Of a stretch of 64,000 nucleotides of DNA, positions 9,710-18,889 are shown piece after piece. The notes under the pieces are model-generated. The model made no database searches. It worked only from the letters and a program-made list of their open reading frames with translations, and was not told where the DNA came from. Made by a program: the position numbers and the translations under genes. Source of the stretch: Blastocatellia bacterium. Its GTDB lineage: Bacteria; Acidobacteriota; Blastocatellia; RBC074. The DNA lies in the NCBI GenBank assembly GCA_035331565.1, contig DAOLKO010000014.1:104583-168582 (forward strand), written 5' to 3'. The first letter of the stretch is position 1. Every line of letters starts with the position of its first letter.

Positions 9710-12700
9710 ATGCAAAAACTGGCAGAAATCTGTATCAAGCGTCCTGTCTTCGCGGCGATGATTATTCTTTCGCTGGTCGTGGTCGGCGCGTCGAGTTATT
9801 TCAAACTGGGAGTTGACCGGTTTCCGGCGGTTGATATTCCGACGGTGACGGTTCGCGCGATGCTGCCCGGCGCTTCGCCGGAAGAGGCTGAGGCAGTACT
9901 GGCGCAAACGCTGGAGGAAGTGGTCAACACGGTGGAAGGCGTCGAACAGCTTCGTTCGGTGTCGAGTCAGGGGCGTTCGTTCGTGATGGCGACGTTCAAT
10001 TTGGATCGAGACATCGAAGCTGCGGCGCAGGACGTTCGCGACCGCGTGCAGGGCGTGACGCGATTGTTTCCGCCCGGCACTGACCCGCCCGTTGTGCAAA
10101 AATTCGACAACGAACGCCAGGGCATCATGACCATTTCTCTGTCGTCGAATCGCTCCATCCGCGAACTGAGCGAACTGGCCGAAAACGTCGTCAAAAAGCA
10201 GCTTGAACGTTCGAGCGGCGTGGGCGAAATCGGAATTTGGGGCGGCACTGTTCGTTCGATCAATGTTTGGGCGGACGCTGACCGACTGGCAGCTTACCGC
10301 ATTCCCATCACGCAAGTGCGCAACGCTATCGTCCGGCAAAACTCAGATGTGCCGGGCGGCAACGTGGATGCGGGCCGGCGCGAATTGACGCTGCGAACGA
10401 TGGGCCGCGTGGTGGATCCCACCAATTTCAACGATCTGGTCATTACCACCATCAACGGTTCGCCGGTGCGCATTCGCGACATAGGCTACGCCGAAGACGG
10501 AACCAAAGAAGCTCGTTCGGCCTCGCGTCTGACAAACCTGACCAACGTTGGGGACGATCCCAAAGCGCGGTTGCAGGTTCCCGCCGTTCCTTCGGTTTCG
10601 CTCGAAGTCCGCCGCCAGACTGGTGCGAACACGATGGCCGTGATCGAAGACGTCAAGAAAAACCTGAAGGTCGTTCAGGCGCAATTGCCGCCGGACGTAA
10701 AACTCGAAGTCATCAACGATCAATCCCGCTACATCAAAAACGCGCTGGGCGAAATCAACATCCACCTGATTTTGGGCAGCATCCTGGCTTGCCTGGTGGT
10801 GCTGCTGTTTATGCGTTCGTGGCATTCCACCATTATCGCCGGCGTGGCCATTCCGGCTTCGGTGGTTTCGACTTTCGGGATGATGAAGGCGCTGGATTTC
10901 ACGCTCAATAGCGTGACTATGCTGGCGCTGGTGTTGATGGTCGGCGTGGTGATTGACGACGCGATTGTGGTGCTGGAAAACATCTTCCGCTTTATTGAGG
11001 AAAAGAAAATGCCTCCGGCGCAGGCTGCCAAGGAGGCGACCAAGGAAATCGGTCTGGCGGTGCTGGCCACCACGCTCTCGCTGGTGGTTATCTTTCTGCC
11101 GATTTCGTTTATGTCCTCGATTTCGGGGCGCTTCCTTTATCAATTCGGCATCACGGCGGCAGTGGCGATTATGGTCAGCTTGCTGGTTTCCTTTACGCTG
11201 ACGCCTATGATGAGCGCGCGCTTGATCCGCGCTTCGGACGTGCATCACAGCGAGGAACTGGCCGGTTCGCGGCGCGGGTTTTACCGCTACATTGACGGCG
11301 CTTACACCTGGATGCTGGAAAAAGCCCTGCGATTTCGCTTTCTGGTGTGGATCGCCGCGCTGGCGATTATGGCTACTTCCGTGCCGCTTTACGGAGTAAT
11401 CAAGCAGGACTTCGTTCCCAGCAACGTGGACGAAGCGGAATTCAGCATTAGTCTGACGGCACCGGAAGGAACCAGTCTGGTTTCGATGAACGAAGCTTTG
11501 CTGGCGGTTGAAGCGGAAGTGAAGCAGATGCCGGAAATCCGCCTGATGCTTGGGCAGGCAGGCAGTTCGTTTATGGGCGGCGTCAACAATGCGGATATTT
11601 ATCTGCGCATACCGCCGCACGAAGAGCGCACCATCAATCTGCATAAGTTTTGGGAAGGATTGAAACGCGGCGAACCGTTGGCGGTCTTTCGCGGCAATTA
11701 CTCTGCGCGCGACGTGCAACAGAAAGTCCGCCAGCGGCTGCGCAAGTTCACGCATTTGCGCCCGGCAGTGCGCAATCCGCAGACGATCAATCTGGGCGGC
11801 GGAGGATTCAGCGATTTGGACTTCGCTCTGCGCGGCCCTGACCTGACCGAACTGGTCAAATACGCCAATCAATTGCGCGAACGCGCGCCGCAGCTTGGGC
11901 TGCTGGACGCCGACGTGACCTTGAAAATGGATAAGCCGGAACTGCGAGTCAATATTGACCGCGCGCGTGCGGCGGACTTGGGCGTGGATTCGACGGAGAT
12001 CGCCACTGCGCTGCGCATTATGGTCGGCGGCGACGAGCGTGTTTCGCGCTTTCACGACGAACGCATGAACGAGGATTACGACGTGCAGGTGCGCTTGCAG
12101 CAAGGCGACCGCAACGACGCTGACACCATCGCCAGGCTCTTCGTGCCGTCAACGCGCGGCGGAATGGTCAGTCTGGAAAACGTAGTCAAACTGGAATCTT
12201 CGACCACCTCTTCGCGCATTGACCGCATTGACCGTCAACGTCAGGTCAGCTTGCGCGCCAACGTCGCGCCGGGCTTCGCGCTGGCCGACCGTATCGCCGC
12301 GTTGCGCGCTGAAGTGGCGAAAATGAATCTGCCGGCCGGTTACAGCACCACTGTTTCCGGTCGCGCGCGTGAACTGGAACGTACCTTCACCGAATTCATC
12401 ATCGCCTTTCTGCTTTCGATTGCGTTTATGTACATGATTCTGGCTTCGCAATTTGAAAGCGTCATTCACCCCATCACCATTTTGTTGAGCCTGCCGCTGG
12501 CTGTGCCGTTCGCGCTGCTGTCGCTGTGGGCGTTCAACGACACTCTGAACCTGTATTCGGCGCTTGGCATTTTGGTGCTGTTCGGTGTGGTCAAGAAAAA
12601 CTCGATTTTGCAGATTGACCACATGAACGGCTTGCGCGCCAAAGGCATGGCGCTTCACGACGCCATCATACAGGCCAATCGCGACCGACTGCGTCCCATC

Positions 12701-12994
12701 CTGATGACGACGCTCGCTTTGGTCGCCGGCATGTTGCCGTTGGCCCTGGGAACCGGGCCGGGCGCGGAAGAACGCCGCTCCATTGCCATCGTTGTCATCG
12801 GCGGACAAAGCTTGTCGCTGTTGCTGACCTTGCTGGTGACGCCCGTGGCGTATTCGATTTTCGACGATGTAGGATCCTGGTTCAGTCGCCGCTTCAAACG
12901 CCGCGTAGTCGAACACCCGCCGGAAGTAGAAACCTTGCCAGTTACCGGCGACGTAGCTCAAGCTCGCCACGCACATTCGGAAGCTGGAGACTGA
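9710..12994 (+). CDS. RND efflux transporter permease (AcrB/MdtC-like)
   Basis: CIKRPVFA N-terminus, VIDDAIVVLENI proton relay, GVVKKNSIL, RLRPILMTT; about 1094 aa. Confidence 0.95.
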   Translation: MQKLAEICIKRPVFAAMIILSLVVVGASSYFKLGVDRFPAVDIPTVTVRAMLPGASPEEAEAVLAQTLEEVVNTVEGVEQLRSVSSQGRSFVMATFNLDRDIEAAAQDVRDRVQGVTRLFPPGTDPPVVQKFDNERQGIMTISLSSNRSIRELSELAENVVKKQLERSSGVGEIGIWGGTVRSINVWADADRLAAYRIPITQVRNAIVRQNSDVPGGNVDAGRRELTLRTMGRVVDPTNFNDLVITTINGSPVRIRDIGYAEDGTKEARSASRLTNLTNVGDDPKARLQVPAVPSVSLEVRRQTGANTMAVIEDVKKNLKVVQAQLPPDVKLEVINDQSRYIKNALGEINIHLILGSILACLVVLLFMRSWHSTIIAGVAIPASVVSTFGMMKALDFTLNSVTMLALVLMVGVVIDDAIVVLENIFRFIEEKKMPPAQAAKEATKEIGLAVLATTLSLVVIFLPISFMSSISGRFLYQFGITAAVAIMVSLLVSFTLTPMMSARLIRASDVHHSEELAGSRRGFYRYIDGAYTWMLEKALRFRFLVWIAALAIMATSVPLYGVIKQDFVPSNVDEAEFSISLTAPEGTSLVSMNEALLAVEAEVKQMPEIRLMLGQAGSSFMGGVNNADIYLRIPPHEERTINLHKFWEGLKRGEPLAVFRGNYSARDVQQKVRQRLRKFTHLRPAVRNPQTINLGGGGFSDLDFALRGPDLTELVKYANQLRERAPQLGLLDADVTLKMDKPELRVNIDRARAADLGVDSTEIATALRIMVGGDERVSRFHDERMNEDYDVQVRLQQGDRNDADTIARLFVPSTRGGMVSLENVVKLESSTTSSRIDRIDRQRQVSLRANVAPGFALADRIAALRAEVAKMNLPAGYSTTVSGRARELERTFTEFIIAFLLSIAFMYMILASQFESVIHPITILLSLPLAVPFALLSLWAFNDTLNLYSALGILVLFGVVKKNSILQIDHMNGLRAKGMALHDAIIQANRDRLRPILMTTLALVAGMLPLALGTGPGAEERRSIAIVVIGGQSLSLLLTLLVTPVAYSIFDDVGSWFSRRFKRRVVEHPPEVETLPVTGDVAQARHAHSEAGD

Positions 12995-13009
12995 AACAAG
13001 GTTCACGCT

Positions 13010-13062
13010 AAAAAAAGCAGGCGGGGCGAATTCGAAGAGATTCGTCCTGCCTGCTTTTTTTT
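13010..13062. terminator. Bidirectional intrinsic terminator
   Basis: A7-GCAGGCGGGGCGAAT stem / ATTCGTCCTGCCTGC-T8 between convergent genes. Confidence 0.9.
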
Positions 13063-13153
13063 GTTTCAACCGCAAGGGGAAGAGGTTCTCGCCGCCGATG
13101 AGAAGATTCGGCGGCGAGTGCTTTGTGCGGGAATTGAGCGAAATTGCAAAGAC

Positions 13154-13996
13154 TTATTGCGCGCTGACGAAGCGGTTGCGCAGCGTGCCGACGTTTTCAA
13201 TCACGACTTCAAAGACATCGCCGTTTTGCAGCAAACGCGGCGGTTTGCGGAAAACGCCCACACCTTCGGGGGTGCCGGTGGCAATGACATCGCCCGGTTC
13301 CAGTGTGATGGCTTGTGTGATGTAGTGAATCAAATAGGCGATGCTGAAAATCATCTTGTCGGTGTTGGACGACTGCATGACTTCACCGTTCAGGATGCCT
13401 TCGATTTTTAGTCCCTGCGGATTGGCGATTTCGTCTTTGGTAACGGCGAAAGGCCCGATCGGACAAAAGCCGTCCAGCCCTTTGCCGCGCACCCACTGCC
13501 CATCGCTGAACTGCAGATCGCGCGCCGACACGTCATCCAAACAGGAGTAGCCGAACACATAATCCAGCGCTTCGGCTTCGCTGACCTTGCCGGCGCGTTT
13601 TCCGATAATGACAGCGAGTTCGGCTTCGAAGTCGATCTTTTCGCTGATCGCGTGCAAGGTGACGTCGGCGTTGTGCGCGTTGAGCGAGTTCAGGAACTTG
13701 GTGAACATCAGCGGCGATTTCGGCGGTTCGTCGCCACCTTCAATGGCGTGGTCGTAATAGTTGCGCCCGATGGCAATGATCTTGCCGGGATTGACCGCCG
13801 GCAGGTATTCAACCGCGTCGAGAGCATAAGCCGTTTGGGCGTTGAAGTTTTTGGCCGCGTGGACGGCCGCCGCGCCACGCTTGATAAAGTCCAGCGTGGT
13901 GGGGGCGATTTCGGTGATGTCCACGATCACGTCGTTGTTAAGCAAACCCAGCCGCGCTTCTTCGGATGTTTTGGTTTTGAATTGTGCAAGTTTCAT
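13154..13996 (-). CDS. Fumarylacetoacetate hydrolase family protein
   Basis: KIIAIGRNYYDH, DFEAELAVIIG, DDVSARDLQ, WVRGKG, LEPGDVIATGTPEGVG. Confidence 0.93.
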   Translation of the reverse strand: MKLAQFKTKTSEEARLGLLNNDVIVDITEIAPTTLDFIKRGAAAVHAAKNFNAQTAYALDAVEYLPAVNPGKIIAIGRNYYDHAIEGGDEPPKSPLMFTKFLNSLNAHNADVTLHAISEKIDFEAELAVIIGKRAGKVSEAEALDYVFGYSCLDDVSARDLQFSDGQWVRGKGLDGFCPIGPFAVTKDEIANPQGLKIEGILNGEVMQSSNTDKMIFSIAYLIHYITQAITLEPGDVIATGTPEGVGVFRKPPRLLQNGDVFEVVIENVGTLRNRFVSAQ

Positions 13997-14154
13997 AAGT
14001 TTTCCGATGTGGTTTTGAAGTTTGAACTAAAGATCGTTTCGGCACTGTCTATCCGGCTTTGTCTCCGTTGGTTCCGTTGGCCGGCGATGCGTGTTCTAAG
14101 AGCCGGCTTGAAAAGTCGTGCGCTTGCGTAAAATCTAGCAACGCCTCGCCGATT

Positions 14155-15120
14155 TTATTCAGCGGTTTCCACGCGACGCCGCTGGAATTCATCGAAGGTT
14201 ACGGCCAGCACGATGACCGCGCCGATGACGATTTTTTGAATGAATGGCGAGATTTGCAGCAAGTTCCCGCCGTTGGCCAGCACTCCCATAATCAGCGAAC
14301 CGATGATTGTGCCGATGACGGTTCCTTGTCCGCCGCTCAAACTGCCGCCGCCGATGACAACGGCGGCGATGACGTTGAGTTCGTACCCTTCGCCTGCATT
14401 CGGCTGGCCGGTGACGGTGCGGGACGTTTCAATCGCTCCGGCCAAGCCGCTGAGTGCGCCCAAAATGGTGTAGTAAGTGATTTGATAACGCGAAACACGA
14501 ATGCCTGCATAACGCGCGGCTTCGATGTTGCTGCCCATCGCATAACAGTATCGGCCCAGCCGTGTGCTGCTAAGGATGAAATGAACAAGCAAGGCGATGA
14601 CAACGACCATCACCAAAGGCAACGGAACCGCACCCAATAGGTTTTTTTCGGCAAGGTAGCCGGCAGTTTGCGGCAAACCAACCACAGCGTTGCCATCGCA
14701 TAAATACAATCCCAGTCCGCGATAAATTCCCATTGCGCCGAGCGTGACGATGAAAGCCGGGATTTTCAGCAACGTGACCGCTGAACCGTTGACCAGTCCG
14801 CTGGCCGCGCCGATCAGCACGCAAACAAGAAAGCCTACGGCGGCAGGCGCTCCGCCTTTGACCATCGCCATTGAACCGACCACGCCCGACAGTCCGATGA
14901 TCGAGCCGACGGACAAATCAATTCCGCCTGAAACCATGACCATCGTCATACCCATGGCCATAATCGTGATGACGGCGGTTTGGCGGGCGATGGCGGCCAG
15001 GTTTCCAGGAGTAAGAAACTTCGGGTCTTGGCCGAGCGCGAAGTACTCCGCCAAGGGAATCAGCACGCACAACACAATCAGGCTAATGAACGGCAGGAAG
15101 CGTTTTACCCACTCTGGCAT
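14155..15120 (-). CDS. Sugar ABC transporter permease (RbsC/AraH family)
   Basis: GGIDLSVGS, IPAFIVTLG, AMGSNIEAARYAGI, YELNVIAAVVIGGGSLSGG. Confidence 0.93.
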   Translation of the reverse strand: MPEWVKRFLPFISLIVLCVLIPLAEYFALGQDPKFLTPGNLAAIARQTAVITIMAMGMTMVMVSGGIDLSVGSIIGLSGVVGSMAMVKGGAPAAVGFLVCVLIGAASGLVNGSAVTLLKIPAFIVTLGAMGIYRGLGLYLCDGNAVVGLPQTAGYLAEKNLLGAVPLPLVMVVVIALLVHFILSSTRLGRYCYAMGSNIEAARYAGIRVSRYQITYYTILGALSGLAGAIETSRTVTGQPNAGEGYELNVIAAVVIGGGSLSGGQGTVIGTIIGSLIMGVLANGGNLLQISPFIQKIVIGAVIVLAVTFDEFQRRRVETAE

Positions 15121-15166
15121 AGTGTTTTTGAGTTTTACTTTGTGATTTGGATAAGCCGGAAAAACG

Positions 15167-15196
15167 ATGCGGCACGGTACGGCAGCCGTGCCGCAT
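15167..15196. repeat. Short perfect-arm hairpin (REP-like or terminator)
   Basis: ATGCGGCACGG-tacggcag-CCGTGCCGCAT. Confidence 0.6.
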
Positions 15197-15235
15197 AGTC
15201 AAGCGTTGGAAGGTTCAGCCGCGACTACGAAAGAT

Positions 15236-16507
15236 TTATTTGTTGATTTGTCTGGGCGCTATTGGCTCTCGTTTTGTTCTGCCCGACTGGTCAAGCAGCG
15301 ACGGTCGTGCGGCGCGAACGGGTTGCCTTTCAGGCAGCGATGCGCGAGAAGAAATCGCTGGGCGAGCAGGTGTCTGTCCCACACAATTTACGCATTCGTC
15401 CTCATCTCCATCCAGGCGAAAGCTGATTTGCCACCGCGAATGGCCCAGTAGGAAAAGTCTGGCGGTTCGACCGGCCAGTTTGTCCGTTCCGCCTTTTGCC
15501 AGTCCGGCGACTTGCGGGTAAGACATTCCTTGCGGATCAAGCGGCAAACGATCCGGCAGCGTCCAACTTGAAGGATTCGACAAATCGTCGTTGTAGGCGA
15601 TGTAAACGCCTTCCTGATTCCAATACTCGTTAATTGCTCGGTTGAGCAGAATCACGTACATCTTCAAATAAGTGTTGTAGTGAATCGAAGGCCCCCAGAA
15701 AGCATCCGGATTGGCCTGATGCCAATCGCTCATAACCGGAAAAATCGGTGTTACTCGCCCGCCGAGTCCCGGCTGATGCCATTCGCCGTTGTGCCATTTC
15801 CAAAGTTTGCCCGCAGGCTGATTGCGGTCGGCATAACTCATTCGCGCGATGGACACGCCCTGCTCTTCAAGCCGGCTGTGATAGGAACCGAAAAAGAAAT
15901 AGAAATACGTTTTGCTTTGATCGAGCATGACTGAAAAGTCGCCATTGCCGCCGGCAAAATAAAAGTTCCGTGTTTCGCAGTTCAGAGAGTCGCTCGGCGC
16001 TTCAAGAACAATACCCAAATCATCCCAGGTCATTCCTTCATCGTGGGAAATCAGTGCGCCAATACGCGGTGCCGACAAGTGCTGATCGTTGGAACAAACC
16101 CCTGGCGGTTCATTGTGATACCAGCCGTAAAGTGTCCCGTCATCGTCCCGCCAAGTCGCTTCCAGCCACTTGCCGCCTTCCACGCCAATTGAATCTTGAA
16201 TGGTTGTCCGGTCGGCTTTTGGCGTAAGCTGATAAAGTCCCTGACCGCTGCTTCGGTACGGATGACGGACGGACGCGAACACATAAAAATTGCCTTTCTC
16301 GTCCCAATGCATAGGGCTGTTGCTGTCAATTCCATCGTAAATCCCGGCTTCAGGAAGGTCCGCGCCCGGCAGGCGAATCGGATATGCGGCTTCGATGGTC
16401 ACGGTGGGAACTTCGGAAGTTTTTTCTTTGCCCGGCTTATCGGCAAAACTTACGGAAGTGATAACGCTGCTGAAAAATAACAAAATCAATAGAAATCTGG
16501 TGGTCAT
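15236..16507 (-). CDS. Secreted hypothetical protein, probable beta-propeller (DUF4185 or glycoside hydrolase-like)
   Basis: Signal peptide, Asp-box-like SHDEGMTW, many W/G-rich beta-strand motifs, low-complexity C-terminal tail; GGGAG RBS. Confidence 0.65.
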   Translation of the reverse strand: MTTRFLLILLFFSSVITSVSFADKPGKEKTSEVPTVTIEAAYPIRLPGADLPEAGIYDGIDSNSPMHWDEKGNFYVFASVRHPYRSSGQGLYQLTPKADRTTIQDSIGVEGGKWLEATWRDDDGTLYGWYHNEPPGVCSNDQHLSAPRIGALISHDEGMTWDDLGIVLEAPSDSLNCETRNFYFAGGNGDFSVMLDQSKTYFYFFFGSYHSRLEEQGVSIARMSYADRNQPAGKLWKWHNGEWHQPGLGGRVTPIFPVMSDWHQANPDAFWGPSIHYNTYLKMYVILLNRAINEYWNQEGVYIAYNDDLSNPSSWTLPDRLPLDPQGMSYPQVAGLAKGGTDKLAGRTARLFLLGHSRWQISFRLDGDEDECVNCVGQTPARPAISSRASLPERQPVRAARPSLLDQSGRTKREPIAPRQINK

Positions 16508-16860
16508 TCTTTTCTCCCTATTGTGGGCGAATTCATCGCAAGCAAGAGCGGAAAAGTGGAGGAACTAAAAAGCAAAATTGATGTTGGGCAAACAGGGGGT
16601 TGGTAAGGGGAAACCTAAACTTTGTGGGTCAACTCTACTTCAAGAAAAACTGGAACTGTACGGCACGCAGAGGATTGTAGCAGAGGCGGAGGAAATCCTG
16701 TGTCACTTTTTGTGCGGCGAGTGAATTTTTGGTGGCAGCGAGCCAATCCGGCAGGAGGTGTTGAGCCGGGCTTCAATCTGCTCCTTGCCCAGTGGCAGAC
16801 TGAAAGTCCAGTACTCGTCTGCCTTGATTGTTTCGCTGCCGCAAGCTGAATAAACGAAAG

Positions 16861-16906
16861 AATGCCGCTTCGACACTAGAGTTGGTGACTGAGTCGAAGC
16901 GGCATT
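16861..16906 (-). terminator. Intrinsic terminator downstream of 16949-18184
   Basis: 14-bp perfect stem AATGCCGCTTCGAC/GTCGAAGCGGCATT followed on the minus strand by CTTTCGTTT. Confidence 0.8.
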
Positions 16907-16948
16907 TGAGTGAAGGTGAAGCGAGGCTTTTTATAAACAGTTGGAAAA

Positions 16949-18184
16949 CTAGGGTTCCAGTGTGACTTTCGTTCCATTCATCAATTGGAAGAGACGAACC
17001 GGAGACGGCTCTCCAGGCAATAATGGAGTTGCTGATGGTCCCGCTGGCTCATAAACCGGCGTGACGCAGACTTTGGCTCCCACTGTTAACAGCTCTTGGT
17101 TGGTCAACTTCTGTCTGGCTCCGATGGTGAAGTTGAAGCTTCCATTGCCTGGAACTCCGATTCTCAATGAACCGCGCTGTGCCGTTTCGCTGAGCGACGT
17201 CGGCGTTGTGAATTCCGGCGCAGGGGTAAAATTCGCCACGCTCCCACAAACGACTTCAGGTTTTTGGCCAGTGGCAATTTGTGCAGCAACTCCGGTAGGA
17301 AGTTCTGCCGTTGTCAGTTTTTTGATGCCGACAATCCATCCGGTTTGGTCGAACGAAAATTCGTAGCAGCCATAAACCTGCTGATCAATGGTTTCCGGAG
17401 CGGGAATCCTGAAGTTGGCTGCAATCGGCGTGTTTACAAAACCGAAGAGCACACTTCCCACAGATTGATCGCAAACGGATAACCCGGTCGAAGTAAATAC
17501 GTTCGGTCCCTGAAGGTAAAGAGGATTAGTCAAGATCGGCTGATCCACAGTCAAGGAATTAACCAGATTCCCACCGCTCTGACTGAATGGGCTTGCACAA
17601 ATTTTAGCTTTTACAAAAGGATCATCAGTGACAGCAACCGTTCCTGAAAGCTCATTACTACTGTTGAAAGTCCCAGACAGACGCACGATTTTGTTGGCAT
17701 CAGCGGTAGCATTGACCGTTGTGCCAGCGGCGATTTTGAAGGTCAGGTTGTTGATTGTGATGGAGTCGGCGCTTTTGGCGTTTACGATTCCCGTGATGAT
17801 CAACGCGCGGCTCGTTGTTGGTGTAGTGACTGTAACCCACTGTCTGATTCGACCGTTACTATCCAAGTACGCACGAAAACGCCGCCCGGAACCAATCACC
17901 TGATATGTTTCCGATCGGGAAATTTGATTTGTGCGGATGATCCCGCTTCCGTCAACTGCGGTAACGCCACCGTCAATGAATGCCAAATCAACGCCGGCAG
18001 CAATAACAATCGGCACTCCGTCAATAGTAATCAAACCATTCTGCCCACAGTCTGCCATTTTATAAGCAGTGACTGGACCGGAAATGTCTATTGCGTGGAA
18101 GGTCTGAGCCTGAGCTGAAACTGAAACCAGCATCGTCAGGGCAAGGACGAGCAGGGAACTGAAGATTGAAGCTTTGTTTTTCAT
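16949..18184 (-). CDS. Secreted beta-rich hypothetical protein with DUF5666-like (OB-type) modules
   Basis: Signal peptide MKNKASIFSSLLVLALTMLVSVSAQA; repeated 'G x V/I ... ITIxG/N..I' units; AAGGA RBS before ATG 18184. Confidence 0.65.
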   Translation of the reverse strand: MKNKASIFSSLLVLALTMLVSVSAQAQTFHAIDISGPVTAYKMADCGQNGLITIDGVPIVIAAGVDLAFIDGGVTAVDGSGIIRTNQISRSETYQVIGSGRRFRAYLDSNGRIRQWVTVTTPTTSRALIITGIVNAKSADSITINNLTFKIAAGTTVNATADANKIVRLSGTFNSSNELSGTVAVTDDPFVKAKICASPFSQSGGNLVNSLTVDQPILTNPLYLQGPNVFTSTGLSVCDQSVGSVLFGFVNTPIAANFRIPAPETIDQQVYGCYEFSFDQTGWIVGIKKLTTAELPTGVAAQIATGQKPEVVCGSVANFTPAPEFTTPTSLSETAQRGSLRIGVPGNGSFNFTIGARQKLTNQELLTVGAKVCVTPVYEPAGPSATPLLPGEPSPVRLFQLMNGTKVTLEP

Positions 18185-18400
18185 CGGGAGGTTCCTTTCT
18201 AAAACTGAGAGATTGGGGTCTAAACGCAGGAAAACTCTCGGAAGGCACCATGGACAGCCGTTGCGGACCACACCTCAGGGCTGCATTGCTGCCATCACCG
18301 ACAGAAATTCCTTGTGGAAATGCCTAACGAGCGCTTGCTCGCCAGGCATTCCCGAATGACTTTTACTTGCTTGTGCAAAGCGACTGCCTTGCACTCTGGA

Positions 18401-18426
18401 TTGATAAAACCAAGCGAAGTGTTACA
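18401..18426 (-). promoter_or_regulatory. Candidate ECF-sigma promoter
   Basis: Minus strand TGTAAC-N16-TCAA, matching the general ECF -35 'AAC' / -10 layout; sits just downstream of an ECF/anti-sigma pair. Confidence 0.4.
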
Positions 18427-18476
18427 GGAATTTTTGAAAATTCTTTTGGCGGAGGCTGAAAAGAAAAACCAGGCGC

Positions 18477-18815
18477 TTAGCCTGCGTTAGGGGTTGAGTT
18501 GGAAAGAGAATTCATCAATGAGCGAGCGAATTCGACTTGTTTGCGTTGGGCTGGAGAGGCAAGGAAATATTGCTCGAAGGAGCGCAGATTCTCCGCGCTT
18601 AATTTTCCGTGTAAGTAGTCGTCAATCAGCTTTTCCTTCAATGCCTGTAAGCGGTCGAAGACTTGGTCGTCCGCGAAGTATGCTGCTTCAATTTGTTGTT
18701 CTTGTTCAGGCGAAAGTTCGCCGAGGAGATACTTGACCATTTCGCGCTCCGATGCCTCAACGCAAGTTTGCTCGCGTTCGTTGTTAAGTTGGGAAATGGG
18801 CAAGTCTGCGTTCAT
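18477..18815 (-). CDS. Stand-alone anti-sigma-factor-like N-terminal domain protein
   Basis: KYLLGELSPEQEQQIEAAYFADDQVFDRL...LIDDYLHGKLS...FLASPAQRKQVEFARSL; directly after an ECF gene; no TM segment. Confidence 0.7.
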   Translation of the reverse strand: MNADLPISQLNNEREQTCVEASEREMVKYLLGELSPEQEQQIEAAYFADDQVFDRLQALKEKLIDDYLHGKLSAENLRSFEQYFLASPAQRKQVEFARSLMNSLSNSTPNAG

Positions 18816-18889
18816 CAGCTATTGAGAAAAAGCCTCAATCCGTTTCAAAAATTTTCGGGGGATGGGAACGACGATACGCCGCCGGTGGT

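Noticed and set aside
8587-12103. Long antisense ORFs (for example 8587-9561, 10343-12103; also 3921-5198, 56566-58452, 60551-61378)
   Set aside because: Typical high-GC reverse-frame shadows of well-supported genes, with no motifs
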